Of a DNA stretch of 42,054 nt, positions 16,208-26,472 are shown in pieces; positions within the stretch are counted from its first letter, which is position 1; each line of letters begins with the position of its first letter. Below the pieces are notes generated by a model. The model saw nothing but the letters and a program-made list of their open reading frames with translations, did no database searches and was not told where the DNA came from. The DNA comes from a virus. Taxonomy: Duplodnaviria; Caudoviricetes. The position numbers and the translations under genes were made by a program. The stretch covers positions 1 to 42,054 of IMG/VR virus record IMGVR_UViG_3300022697_000104. The stretch is one strand, 5' to 3'.

Positions 16208-17379
16208 TGCCCGACACCTTCCTAGATAAGTTCGTGTCTCTTACTGAAGACACAGAAATCCCCCCAGAATTCGCCCTATGGTCAGGACTATCAGCTATCA
16301 GCTGCATCATGGGCCGTGGTATTTGGATAGACATGGGAATTGTTACTGTCTTTCCAAACCTATTCTGCATACTTGTAGCAGGCAGCGGAAGGTGTAGGAA
16401 ATCCACGGCTATAAATCTTATGGAGAGTTTGGTACGATCTGTAGAGCCTAGACCAAATATCATTGGTCAAAAAATAACTCCAGAAGCACTTATTGAAGCA
16501 CTACAACAAGTTTCATCTGGTGAGAACATAGTACTCAAAGGGCCCAAGTTTGAAGGCTTTGTTCTTGCAGATGAACTAGCAACATTTCTAAATAAAAAAT
16601 CCTATGAGGCAGGAATGGGATCACTCCTGATACAACTTTATGATTGTAAAGATTTCTTTGAGTACCGAACTAGAGGAAGAGGGGCAGAAGTTTTGGAGCG
16701 AACATGCCTTGGCCTCTTTGGAGGATCAACCATTGATTGGCTTAGAAATGCCGTGCCGGAAGACGCTATTGGCGGAGGGCTCACCTCACGAATGCTCTTT
16801 GTTTATTCAGACAAGCCACCACAACCAGTCCCATTTCTCACTCATTCCAGTAAGAAGAAAAAAACAAAAGAAGAGCTTATCCGAGCCTTGCAACGATTCC
16901 AAAATATTGAAGGAGAAATGAAACTAAACACTCAAGCAATGAAAATTTATGAAACAGAATATATAAGATTCTATCATAACAATACTTTCTTTGATGATAA
17001 ATTACTTAGTGGATATGCTAGTAGAAGACATATTCATATACTTAAACTTTCTATGCTTTTTTGTATATCTGAAACAGAGGCTAAGGATGTTAAAGTTGAA
17101 CATGTTAACTCAGCAATCAGGCTTATAGAGTATTTGGAGAAATCACTACCATCTGTACTTAAGATGGTAGTAGCTTCTGAGAAAGGAGACAACCTTGATA
17201 CTATTCTTCTTAAAATAGCAAAGAAAGGTAGGCTTTCAAGAAGTGACCTTATGCGTAGTATGTCTAATAAAATTGACTCCTGGGAACTTGAGCAGATAAT
17301 TGAGACTCTGAAACAATCAGATAAAATTGTTGTAAAGTCTGAAGGAAGAATGGTGTTTTATGAAATCAGAAAACCTTAA
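16207..17379 (+). CDS. DUF3987-type P-loop NTPase (putative replicative helicase) with C-terminal wHTH
   Basis: VAGSGRCRKST, VLADELATF, GGGLTSRMLFV; follows PolA. Confidence 0.75.
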   Translation: MPDTFLDKFVSLTEDTEIPPEFALWSGLSAISCIMGRGIWIDMGIVTVFPNLFCILVAGSGRCRKSTAINLMESLVRSVEPRPNIIGQKITPEALIEALQQVSSGENIVLKGPKFEGFVLADELATFLNKKSYEAGMGSLLIQLYDCKDFFEYRTRGRGAEVLERTCLGLFGGSTIDWLRNAVPEDAIGGGLTSRMLFVYSDKPPQPVPFLTHSSKKKKTKEELIRALQRFQNIEGEMKLNTQAMKIYETEYIRFYHNNTFFDDKLLSGYASRRHIHILKLSMLFCISETEAKDVKVEHVNSAIRLIEYLEKSLPSVLKMVVASEKGDNLDTILLKIAKKGRLSRSDLMRSMSNKIDSWELEQIIETLKQSDKIVVKSEGRMVFYEIRKP

Positions 17380-17448
17380 GAATCATCTCGAAGCCGCTCG
17401 ACGGCTCGGAGGCCGGGTTGGGCCGGTAGCCCTAGAGAAGACCCAACT

Positions 17449-17490
17449 GGCGAACAGGTCTAAGCTACGGCGAACAGGGCCGCCCTACGG
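17449..17490. repeat. 20-bp-period tandem repeat in the GC-rich convergence region
   Basis: GGCGAACAGG-N6-CTAC x2, then GG. Confidence 0.65.
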
Positions 17491-17506
17491 GCCTGCACTC
17501 GCCTAG

Positions 17507-18403
17507 CTACACAATCCCGGCAGCTAGCAGATCATCATAAACTCCACCTGCAACCCTAGAAGAATCAAGTCTAAATTGTTTTAATGGGATAGATAATTCA
17601 AAAGCAGTACGGAGAACTCGCCTGTTACTCTCTGAAAGGCTTTGTCCCCATGCAGTAACTCTAGCAACCTTAGTAGACTTAGTACTAATACTTCTACGAA
17701 ATCTGTCAATGTCATAAAACCATACATGAGCCTCAACTTCTGGAGTCACATTATGAATACTTATTTTATTACAGGACAACTCAAAGGGAAAAGGGTAACG
17801 ACTAACAAGAACATTACTCGTCCAACTCTCAATGAGACGATTTTCAAATGGGTTAAGGAGGAATTCAACCAATGTTCCCTTGGCACCTTCAAGGATGTTA
17901 TACAAACCTCCATAAGGCACGCCTGTCCTGATGATTGTGATCTCGTGGTGTGCAGAAAACTCAATGGTAACGAACCCGCGACAGCAAAGGTCATTCAGGA
18001 AACCATGCAAAATATCACTGGTGAAAATATCCGGAGTCTTGTAGCCTTCGACATATCTACCACAAACAGAAGTGGTCGTTTCTCTGCCGAGTCCTCCATC
18101 CATGAATCCATGAATGGGAATCCCAAGAAAAGTTTGCTTCCCCCATCCTTGCTTATAATCATACCACTTTGTGAAGAAATACTTAGTCTCAGAGAATACC
18201 ACATCAAGATTCAAAGCCTTAAGGATAGCATGAGGAAACTCAATGTGGGAGTATATGAAGCGATCGTCACGGACGAGAGTGTTGGTTTCAGAAATAACCA
18301 ACTCAGATTCTTTTTCATTATTGACGATTGAACATCCTTCAAGGGCGAGATGGTGGCGGAGAGGAAGCAATTCGTCTGTGGTTGTTTCAACATAAACTTT
18401 CAT
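17507..18403 (-). CDS. Degenerate PurD (GAR synthetase)-like ATP-grasp protein
   Basis: FMDGGLG, GFVTIEF, VSRYPF, VARVTAWGQSLSES...QFRLD resemble the PurD C-terminal half; the GPNTGGMG loop is degenerate. Confidence 0.6.
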   Translation of the reverse strand: MKVYVETTTDELLPLRHHLALEGCSIVNNEKESELVISETNTLVRDDRFIYSHIEFPHAILKALNLDVVFSETKYFFTKWYDYKQGWGKQTFLGIPIHGFMDGGLGRETTTSVCGRYVEGYKTPDIFTSDILHGFLNDLCCRGFVTIEFSAHHEITIIRTGVPYGGLYNILEGAKGTLVEFLLNPFENRLIESWTSNVLVSRYPFPFELSCNKISIHNVTPEVEAHVWFYDIDRFRRSISTKSTKVARVTAWGQSLSESNRRVLRTAFELSIPLKQFRLDSSRVAGGVYDDLLAAGIV

Positions 18404-18435
18404 TTCTTTTCGCTTTCTAGATAAAAATTAAGAAC

Positions 18436-18456
18436 ATATTTCACTAACTGAAATAT
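18436..18456. promoter_or_regulatory. Perfect palindrome ATATTTCA-N5-TGAAATAT
   Basis: Intergenic, about 33 nt upstream of the PurD-like start. Confidence 0.65.
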
Positions 18457-21400
18457 CATTTAGGGGCTACGATGTCAACCATCCTCCTGTAACGTAACAT
18501 AACTCTAGCTGCACGTTTTTGATCTTCTGTATTTAAGGCTCTGAAGAATTTAATAGTATCTACGTCATTAAAGTTTCCGGGTTGCCGAGAAAGTAGGCTT
18601 TGTCTAAGAGTCTTAACAGCTTCTTGTAAAGGATTCTTACCTTGTTCAACTACCTTAGTTAAGAACTCAGTGTCTTGCAAACGTTTTCGGTAGTAAAGTT
18701 TTGCATCACCAATAGCTCCCTGTATATCTGATCGTTTAAGAGATTCGAAAACATCAAAGAACACAGGGTTTATTTGCACGTCTCCATGAATAAAGTTCTT
18801 ACGACCAAGAACATTCTTAGCAAACTTACCAGAGATTTGTTGTGTTTGCTTAAACCCTACAAGATCAGGATGAGCTATTTGTTCTACATAAGTCGCTGTT
18901 GCGTTTGCAATAGGCGTGGAGCTTAAGAACGCACGAGTGGCTCTGTCGGTAACGCCAAACCTGCCGAATTTACCCATACCAAGAACACTTCCTACAAGTT
19001 TGGTAATGAAACTAACCTGAGGCATAGTGCCTAGGATTACTTTTTCCATTACCCCATCACCATATTTGAATGGATCAAGCACTCTCTGTGTAGCTCCAAG
19101 TAACTGTACTTCTGCCATTCCAGTAAGAGCAAACCTGACGCGAGATTGCCATTCTTCTTCCCCAGGAATAGGCTCTTCAGGGGGGCGACCTTTAAGAGCC
19201 TGTCTAAGAATACTACCAGCCATTCCAGCTCCCATGCTTCCTACAAGCATGGTCATAGTGCTTCTAATTGTTCCATAGATTTCTGCAAAGTTACCATCCT
19301 TTACAGCTTTCGGTAGAGCCTTGATATCATTCATCGTATCTACAAGAGCTCTAGTTGCACCAAAAGTATAGTTGGAATAAGCAAAGAGAATTTTTGCTAT
19401 GGGCATGTTTTCAATCTTGCCACGAAATGGTGCAGCCTCAGTGGTAAATTGAGTCTTTGCTACAAGGTTACTTACAATTTTTGTCTTGGTTAATTCTGCT
19501 ACTTTTCCCTTTCGAGCAAGAGCAAGTTCTTTGTCATCAAGCCCAAGACGTTTTAGTTGCCGAATATCAGCACCATCAGCCTTATGGTTTCGTATAGAGT
19601 CTACAAGTTTAAGCCCCATTCGCCCGGCAATAGTGCTGTTCATATCAGCCACAAACCTCATACCGGTTCCCGTTGCTACTGCTTGTTGTAAGTTTCTTGC
19701 AAGACCTTCAGGAAAGAAACCACGCTCAATTTGCCAATGATTGATTGTTTCCCTGAAAGCTCCAAGAGCTGTGACTTGTGATCGTGTAGTTTCTGGAGAC
19801 ACAAGTACGTCATGAACAGTACTAGCAAATTTCGCAAAGCCTCCATAAGTTGGTACAAGAGCCAGAGTCTGAGTAACATTAACTGCTACTGAGAGACTTG
19901 TTTGTAATGTACCCGCGACACGGGATGTTACTTTTAAAGTTCTAGTTGCTGGGTTTCTAGGAAGCCATCTTCCATTAAGTGGAAGACCTTGCCAAACGCG
20001 GAATACGTTATCAAAGTCATCAGTATTTCCGCCTTCTTCTGCAAAACGTCTTTGTAGTGATCGGAAATTATCTGGAATATTGTATCCAGTTCTTATGAGC
20101 ACGTCATTGAAAACATCCTGAATAGGTCTTGGCTTTCGTTTCTTACTGCCTTCTACAGGTTCAAGAGATGTCTCAATTCCTCCAATTTCCTTAGCAAAAC
20201 TAATAAGACTTTTCTTTTGCTCGCCTGTAAGGTTTTCTGGATCAGTACTCATAAGTCGGTCTAAGATATCTTCACGCCCAGCTTCAATAAGAAGACCCTC
20301 ACCACGAGCTAACATTTTTAAATCATCAAGGGACATTTTATCATAAAGCTCAGCTGATCCTCCAATACTTTCAAGACGCTTAACAATTCTGCTTCTGACT
20401 TCATCTTTTGAGAACTTAAGATTTACTCCGATTTTTGACGACAACATTCTCATTCTCTTTGTGTTGATATTCTTCAAGGCATCACCTTGGCCGAAGTATT
20501 TAATCATAGCCAAGCGTTTTGTTTGAAGTTCCACACCCCGAGTAAGAATATAAAATGGATCAGTATGCAGAATTGGAGTTAACTTCCCGTTTACTAAAAC
20601 GTGATCTGGCATGATTTTTATCTTACGGACTTCTTCAAGACTACCATTCTTACGAATAGTCTTTGCACCTAGCCAGAGTTCAAGACCTTTCTTTGCTTGG
20701 AACTCAGTTAGTTCTGGATTAAGCTCTAGGACTTCAGATACCACAGAAGCATAAAGTGGTCCAGCACCATCAGAAACTGCTCGCCAAAGTTCATCAGTAG
20801 CAAGCCTTGGAATTTTACCTGTTTTTGTAGGTCTAGATATGATTGTACTTCCGTCTTCAAGAGTTCTCAGGACTTTTAAATTTGTACCTTCTTCTGCAAT
20901 CTCTCTAAAAATACCTTGATATACTTCTTTGAGATTCCGTAGTCTGTCCTTTTGGTCTTGTGGGATATCTAGTTTATCAATCTCAACAGGATTCTTAACG
21001 CTACTTGGGTCCATGATTCTACGCAGCATGGAAGTATTTGTTTCATCCAGTTGTTTAAGAAGTGTTAAGTCCTTAGATTTTGCGGCTCCAGAGGAAATCG
21101 AGGCATAGGCTCCAACATCAAGAAGTTTAAAAGCATCAAAACCCGCAGTAATTAACTTACCTTGCAAACCTCTTGCCCATGCATCAGCATCTTTGATAAA
21201 TTGTGCTGAGGCTCTGCCTGAACTTCGCCGTAAAAGTGGCGTTGCTTGGTTAAAGAGTGATCCAAGAGTATCTTTCCAATAAGAAACAACTCCTTTCTTT
21301 ACTAAAAGTTCTTCAGCCTCAAGATCCATCACTCTAGACATTACTACTTCTTCTGAAAGTGCATCGTCTATTTCTGAAGTTTCACTAGAGAAAGTGTTTC

Positions 21401-24400
21401 TTTGTTCTCGTTCTAGTTCATTTTCTTTTAATGTGATTTCGTTTCGTACTTTTGATCTTGCATTTTTTAGGTCTACAAGTTCAGGTGAATTAAGTTCTTT
21501 TTCTTTAATCACACTAGTAAGAGTAGGTAGTTTTTGTTGAAAAGTTTCACCTTCAATAGGTTTCGTTTTTGAGATTTCTCTGTTTGCTTTTATATCCTGT
21601 TTGTTGAATAGGTTAAATTGGCTGTTTTCTTGAGCCTCAGATTTTACCCCAAATTCAACCTTCGCAATATTTTCATCCAAAACTCGATTGATTCCATCAA
21701 GTTCATCAAGCTCAGAACGAATCTTTGTGATTTGGCTAGAGTCTTCATGAAGCATCCGATCAAAAACTGCACGAACTTCTCTGGGAATTGATTCATCTGC
21801 AAGAGGAATACTGGAAATTACTCCCTTGTATACTGCCATCATCGCTTCTTTAAGAGTCTGAAAAATTCTCTGAAGCCCCGCTGTAGGTGCTTTGCCCTCA
21901 GCGATATAACGCTCGAAGTGTCTTGCACTTTGTTCTTCTGCAGGTACATCCCATACACCATCTTTTACTTTGTAGAATGTCTCAAGAACTGCAAGGTCTT
22001 TTTCATCTATTGCACTTCGGCGGAATATATGGAAAAGTTCATGCACCATCGTGGAGATATTAGGGTTCTTCAAACCTTGAATTACTGCACGACCATCTTT
22101 AAGAAATGTTACTGCCCCTTGTTCATCTTGGAAGAGCGGGATTTGCTCTACGTTTTCCTTGAGGGAATCTGTGATGTCGATTGAATTGAAAGGAGCTTGA
22201 CCATTTCCATCTGTTTCTTGTATGGCAGTTTCTGCTTCTTCTCGTGTATCAAATTGAGCTACTACATTTGAATCTTTATCTACAACACTAAATCTACCTG
22301 ATTGAGATTCTACAACTTTTTTCTCAGAAACATCAACCTGCACTCTTCCCAACTGAGCCTTTTCATCAAACCTTCTTGCTTGTTTAAGTAATGTTCGAGG
22401 AAGGTCTGTATTATAAAGTTGATTCAAGGCTTCCTCTGTCTGACCAACAACCTTTGCAATACTCTTAGCATCTGAAAGAGCTATTGCATCAAAACCATTC
22501 CGAGCTGCGTATTGCAACATGGAACGAATTGCGAGGGCTTGTGAAGAACCTTCAAATGGGAAGTCCTTAGAGATCTCATCTGCTTGAGCTAACAATTCAG
22601 GAGCCTTCTCGTCTCTAAGATTTCTCGCATCTTCCGCAACTTTCTCTGCTTGATCTTTTGTTAAAAACTTAGATAATTTTTTTCCTGTTCTTGGTCCTTT
22701 TTCTAATTTCTTTCCATTTTTGAATACATTGTATTCTATCAAACCACTATCTAGTTTTTTTTCTCTTACTTCAATTTTAGCTCTAGCCTCTTGTGTTTTC
22801 TTCCTAATTGCATTCTCTGGATCACTCTGAAGTTCATGTATAAACAAAACCTTACGACTATTTTCGTCTGTTCTTGTATCAAACCTTGCATGAACCATTA
22901 TAAAGTTTTGATCTTTAAAATGTCCTCCAGTTTTTTCCTTAAAGTTTTCTCCAGAATCCTCCAATATTTTTATTTGCTCCTGGGCTTCTTCTTTAGTCTT
23001 AAACCCTTCAACCTTTGACATAGCTTGAGCAAAATCAGCATCGTTATCTGAAGTTAGAGCAAAATTTCCATTTGGTAGTTGGTCTACTCTAACGTCCTTA
23101 GGCAATATACTCTGAGGCATCCGGACAAGAAGTTCCTTGTAATCTTGCCCTGGTCCAGGAATCTTAAAGTTATCAAACTGTGCACGAGTCTCCTGTGAAT
23201 TAAAAACTGCTTGACGAGCTCTAAAAGTCTGTCCAAGAAGCTGATCTTTGAATTCCATCAACTGATCAAACCTAGAACTTGCTTGAGGGTCACCTTGATC
23301 AGCTAAGCTTTCTACCTTTTTTATTTCATCATTTACTTGATTTAATTCACTCTCAAAATTTTGTAATTCCTCTGCAATTTGTTCTTGTTTATCTTGAGAA
23401 ATTCCGCCAAGTACAGTATTCACAAGTCCTATTCGGTTATCTTCTGCTGCTTTTTTGAGATCATCAAGCTTTACAAATTCACTTTCCTTGAGTATTTTAC
23501 TAATCCCAGTAAAGATTTGTTGCTCTTTCCTAACCCCAGCTTGTTGCAAGGCCTTAACAACTCTCCCTGCCGGAAGTTGGCCGTTTGCATCCTTGAAAGC
23601 TTTTCTTGTATCTTCACTTTCTAAAAAGCCTTGAAGCGTGTCTACAAAATCTCCAACTTTTGTCTTGTCTTGCATAAGAGTTTGACCTTCAATAGCATTG
23701 GCTGCAATATCAAAGGCAAACTTTTGTTTATAAAATTCTCCTGGACCTACCCCATGTTTCTTACCAAATACTCGGGAGACTTGATCAACTAGACCTATTG
23801 TAGCAGAGACAACCTTTGGGCTTGCTCCCATTTGCATAATTTGATCTCTGAGTTTATCACGCTCAGGTACATCTATTACACCTTCATCTTCACTGATCTG
23901 AAGATTCTTCCCTGTAATAGCATCCTTAAATTTGCTATCTGGCAAGACTCTAAGTCCTCCACCAAAAAGAACAGTAGAGGGTACAACACCAATAAATTCT
24001 TGAAGTCTACGATCCAGGAAACCTTTTTCAATTGGCTTTCCAAAACTTGCAAGGGCTCCAGCTTCGTGTACTGTGCCTTGAAAAGCTTCCTGTAAACCTT
24101 CAACAGCAGCAGTACGAATAAAATCTGCTGTTAAAGATTTCTCTCCAAGCTTTTCAAGATTAGAAACTCTCTTTGTTGCAAATCCAACGGCTTTGCTGAT
24201 GAGTTTTCCCTTAGCACGACCACCAAATTTAAGAAGCTTTGTAACTTGAAGTAACTCAATTCCGGCACTAATTGGACCGACTATATTTGCTGTACGCTCA
24301 GCTTCTGCTCTTGTTGCTCCCGAGGCAATAGCATCGTCAAAAGCTCCTTGACCTTCAACAGCATAACTGAGAAGGAAACTACCTATGCCAGCTACTCCTA

Positions 24401-24848
24401 GAGCAATTCCTGCAGGAAGAAACACTGAACTAAGGGCACCAATTGCAAGTAAACTTGCAAAGAAAGGAATCTGGCTTGAAGTCACCCCAACAAGTGCTTT
24501 AGGACTTGTAAGAAGATCAAAGGCTGAGTCTACTTGTTGTGGTGCTAGTTGAGGGTTTCGTCTCTTGTAAGCTTCTAGGAAATTCCCACCCTGTTGCAAG
24601 AAATCATCGTCTCCGGGAATAAGACTTGAAGCTCGACGAAGTACAGAACTACCTATGTCTACAGCCCCGAATTCTGCTGCACCAAATGTAGCTTGCATCC
24701 ATGTAGGAATTCTATCCGGCTTAATAATTCCGGGCTTAAAAGTGTTGACATTTGTGGGTACATTAGTTTGTTGACCAAACGCACCAACTTGTGTTGATCC
24801 TTGTACAGAAGGAGAACCACCAATTAAAGAAACAGGTCTTGGAGGCAT
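18456..24848 (-). CDS. Large internal virion/ejection protein, polyvalent type with zincin metallopeptidase motif
   Basis: 2130 aa, last of three ejection-type genes; N-terminal hydrophobic segment; LFIHELQSD; VHELFH (HEXXH) followed by EEQSARHFERYIAEGKAP. Confidence 0.8.
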   Translation of the reverse strand: MPPRPVSLIGGSPSVQGSTQVGAFGQQTNVPTNVNTFKPGIIKPDRIPTWMQATFGAAEFGAVDIGSSVLRRASSLIPGDDDFLQQGGNFLEAYKRRNPQLAPQQVDSAFDLLTSPKALVGVTSSQIPFFASLLAIGALSSVFLPAGIALGVAGIGSFLLSYAVEGQGAFDDAIASGATRAEAERTANIVGPISAGIELLQVTKLLKFGGRAKGKLISKAVGFATKRVSNLEKLGEKSLTADFIRTAAVEGLQEAFQGTVHEAGALASFGKPIEKGFLDRRLQEFIGVVPSTVLFGGGLRVLPDSKFKDAITGKNLQISEDEGVIDVPERDKLRDQIMQMGASPKVVSATIGLVDQVSRVFGKKHGVGPGEFYKQKFAFDIAANAIEGQTLMQDKTKVGDFVDTLQGFLESEDTRKAFKDANGQLPAGRVVKALQQAGVRKEQQIFTGISKILKESEFVKLDDLKKAAEDNRIGLVNTVLGGISQDKQEQIAEELQNFESELNQVNDEIKKVESLADQGDPQASSRFDQLMEFKDQLLGQTFRARQAVFNSQETRAQFDNFKIPGPGQDYKELLVRMPQSILPKDVRVDQLPNGNFALTSDNDADFAQAMSKVEGFKTKEEAQEQIKILEDSGENFKEKTGGHFKDQNFIMVHARFDTRTDENSRKVLFIHELQSDPENAIRKKTQEARAKIEVREKKLDSGLIEYNVFKNGKKLEKGPRTGKKLSKFLTKDQAEKVAEDARNLRDEKAPELLAQADEISKDFPFEGSSQALAIRSMLQYAARNGFDAIALSDAKSIAKVVGQTEEALNQLYNTDLPRTLLKQARRFDEKAQLGRVQVDVSEKKVVESQSGRFSVVDKDSNVVAQFDTREEAETAIQETDGNGQAPFNSIDITDSLKENVEQIPLFQDEQGAVTFLKDGRAVIQGLKNPNISTMVHELFHIFRRSAIDEKDLAVLETFYKVKDGVWDVPAEEQSARHFERYIAEGKAPTAGLQRIFQTLKEAMMAVYKGVISSIPLADESIPREVRAVFDRMLHEDSSQITKIRSELDELDGINRVLDENIAKVEFGVKSEAQENSQFNLFNKQDIKANREISKTKPIEGETFQQKLPTLTSVIKEKELNSPELVDLKNARSKVRNEITLKENELEREQRNTFSSETSEIDDALSEEVVMSRVMDLEAEELLVKKGVVSYWKDTLGSLFNQATPLLRRSSGRASAQFIKDADAWARGLQGKLITAGFDAFKLLDVGAYASISSGAAKSKDLTLLKQLDETNTSMLRRIMDPSSVKNPVEIDKLDIPQDQKDRLRNLKEVYQGIFREIAEEGTNLKVLRTLEDGSTIISRPTKTGKIPRLATDELWRAVSDGAGPLYASVVSEVLELNPELTEFQAKKGLELWLGAKTIRKNGSLEEVRKIKIMPDHVLVNGKLTPILHTDPFYILTRGVELQTKRLAMIKYFGQGDALKNINTKRMRMLSSKIGVNLKFSKDEVRSRIVKRLESIGGSAELYDKMSLDDLKMLARGEGLLIEAGREDILDRLMSTDPENLTGEQKKSLISFAKEIGGIETSLEPVEGSKKRKPRPIQDVFNDVLIRTGYNIPDNFRSLQRRFAEEGGNTDDFDNVFRVWQGLPLNGRWLPRNPATRTLKVTSRVAGTLQTSLSVAVNVTQTLALVPTYGGFAKFASTVHDVLVSPETTRSQVTALGAFRETINHWQIERGFFPEGLARNLQQAVATGTGMRFVADMNSTIAGRMGLKLVDSIRNHKADGADIRQLKRLGLDDKELALARKGKVAELTKTKIVSNLVAKTQFTTEAAPFRGKIENMPIAKILFAYSNYTFGATRALVDTMNDIKALPKAVKDGNFAEIYGTIRSTMTMLVGSMGAGMAGSILRQALKGRPPEEPIPGEEEWQSRVRFALTGMAEVQLLGATQRVLDPFKYGDGVMEKVILGTMPQVSFITKLVGSVLGMGKFGRFGVTDRATRAFLSSTPIANATATYVEQIAHPDLVGFKQTQQISGKFAKNVLGRKNFIHGDVQINPVFFDVFESLKRSDIQGAIGDAKLYYRKRLQDTEFLTKVVEQGKNPLQEAVKTLRQSLLSRQPGNFNDVDTIKFFRALNTEDQKRAARVMLRYRRMVDIVAPK

Positions 24849-24859
24849 AGTGTTTATCC

Positions 24860-26455
24860 TTAATTAGACTGCATTTGTTTTAATTGATCTAAAAATGCAG
24901 TAAGAATTATAGCTTGTTTTGGTGTAAGAGCATTTGTGGAATTTAAGTCTAACTTTATTTTTTCTCTTTCAGCTGAATTTTTTGCTGAAAATATAAGTGA
25001 TAAAGTATTTAACAAAATAGCTTTATCTTTTCTAGGCATACTGTTTAAGTTTATGGAATGAATTCCACTATCCGTTTTGAATAATTCTTCTGTAGAATTA
25101 CCACCTGTAAATTTTAATTCTCGTCCAACTAATTTAGTTTCAAAGTCTTTCAAATCCTTTACAAATTCTGCAGGTATTGATCCTCTTCTTTTAGCCTGAT
25201 TAATTTTATTCTTAAACCTATTTCTTGAATTTGAAAATTCCTGATCAATTAATTTATTTTTAAGACTGCCTTTTCTAAATACATTAGTATCATTATTCAA
25301 TAAAATCTTAACTTTCTTTTCTACTCTAGAATCAAAAGACGCTGGATTTACAGTTTCAAATTCTGAATTACTTAGAACATTAAAATCTGGTTTAATTTTT
25401 TTGCCCGTAGCAGACTTAGCTTCAACATCAAAAATTGAACGAACTCTATCTAGATTTTTTGCTTTGTCCTTTTTAGGATTTACAGGACCAGAGTCTTCAG
25501 GTCCAAGATTAAATGCATTATTAAGTTTTGAATCAAGAGTCTGATTGATTATATCATTAACGGAATTACTAACACGATTATTAGTATTCGCGGTCTTTTC
25601 ATTAGGAACAGGACCTTGACTAAAGAACCCAGCTTGTGATAAAGCTTCCACGTCATTAAAGGAACCACCGGCTCGTAAAATATCCATAACTTGTTGAGTT
25701 CTTGATCTCTCTGCTTCTTGTCGTAGAAGTTTAGCATCAGCTACTTCTGGAGCTATTTTTCGAAGCAACTTATCTGCATCTTGAATTTGACGAGCATTTA
25801 ATTCATCGGAAGTTAATGCTAATGGTCTATCAGCATTTGCAGTTCCTGAGTCTTGTCGTTCTTGAAGTTGATTTAGCGTAAGCGTCACACCTGGCATAGC
25901 AGTTTCAGACCTTGCAACTTCTGCCCTACCAGCAGCTATAAGTTGTTGTCTGGCATTTTTTGATCCTGCGTTATTAAATCTAGTTTCTAAAATAACTGAT
26001 CGTTTGTCATGTTCTGCTATTATGGTTCTTTTTTCTTCAGCATTCAAAATAGCATTTTCAGATACAAACCTTTGTGTTTGAGCATTCAATAAATCTACGT
26101 TAGCTTTAAGACCTGCAGCTACAGTGTCTGCATTCCTTATAGCTTGACTATTAGCAAATTTAAATCCTTCTCCTTGAGCTTTAGAACTATCCAACTGTTG
26201 TTTAGTAAGTGCCTGTCCTAAGTCAAAAACACTCTGTTGATTTTTACCTACAAATTGCGAGTTACTAAGATTTTGTTCAAACAACGCTGTCTCTGCTTCT
26301 AAGGCTCTGAGCCGTATTGGAGCAGTTTGTTCATTAAAACTAAGTTTCTGTTCTAGAAGTTTAGAATTAATTTGATTTACTTGTTGTTGATGTGCTTGAT
26401 TAGTGATCTGTTGAAAACCACTAAGCACAGTAAAAAAGTCATTGCCTTGTGACAT
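24860..26455 (-). CDS. Internal virion protein
   Basis: Q/N/A-rich helical protein between the pilot-like gene and the large ejection gene. Confidence 0.65.
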   Translation of the reverse strand: MSQGNDFFTVLSGFQQITNQAHQQQVNQINSKLLEQKLSFNEQTAPIRLRALEAETALFEQNLSNSQFVGKNQQSVFDLGQALTKQQLDSSKAQGEGFKFANSQAIRNADTVAAGLKANVDLLNAQTQRFVSENAILNAEEKRTIIAEHDKRSVILETRFNNAGSKNARQQLIAAGRAEVARSETAMPGVTLTLNQLQERQDSGTANADRPLALTSDELNARQIQDADKLLRKIAPEVADAKLLRQEAERSRTQQVMDILRAGGSFNDVEALSQAGFFSQGPVPNEKTANTNNRVSNSVNDIINQTLDSKLNNAFNLGPEDSGPVNPKKDKAKNLDRVRSIFDVEAKSATGKKIKPDFNVLSNSEFETVNPASFDSRVEKKVKILLNNDTNVFRKGSLKNKLIDQEFSNSRNRFKNKINQAKRRGSIPAEFVKDLKDFETKLVGRELKFTGGNSTEELFKTDSGIHSINLNSMPRKDKAILLNTLSLIFSAKNSAEREKIKLDLNSTNALTPKQAIILTAFLDQLKQMQSN

Positions 26456-26472
26456 AATATATTTCCTTTTAG

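Noticed and set aside
17448-17480. tRNA 3'-end-like sequence (reverse complement CCTGTTCGCCA) as attP or tRNA
   Set aside because: No cloverleaf, match too short, and no integrase in the genome
17642-18331. 229-aa plus-strand ORF
   Set aside because: Antisense shadow of the PurD-like gene; no motifs or SD
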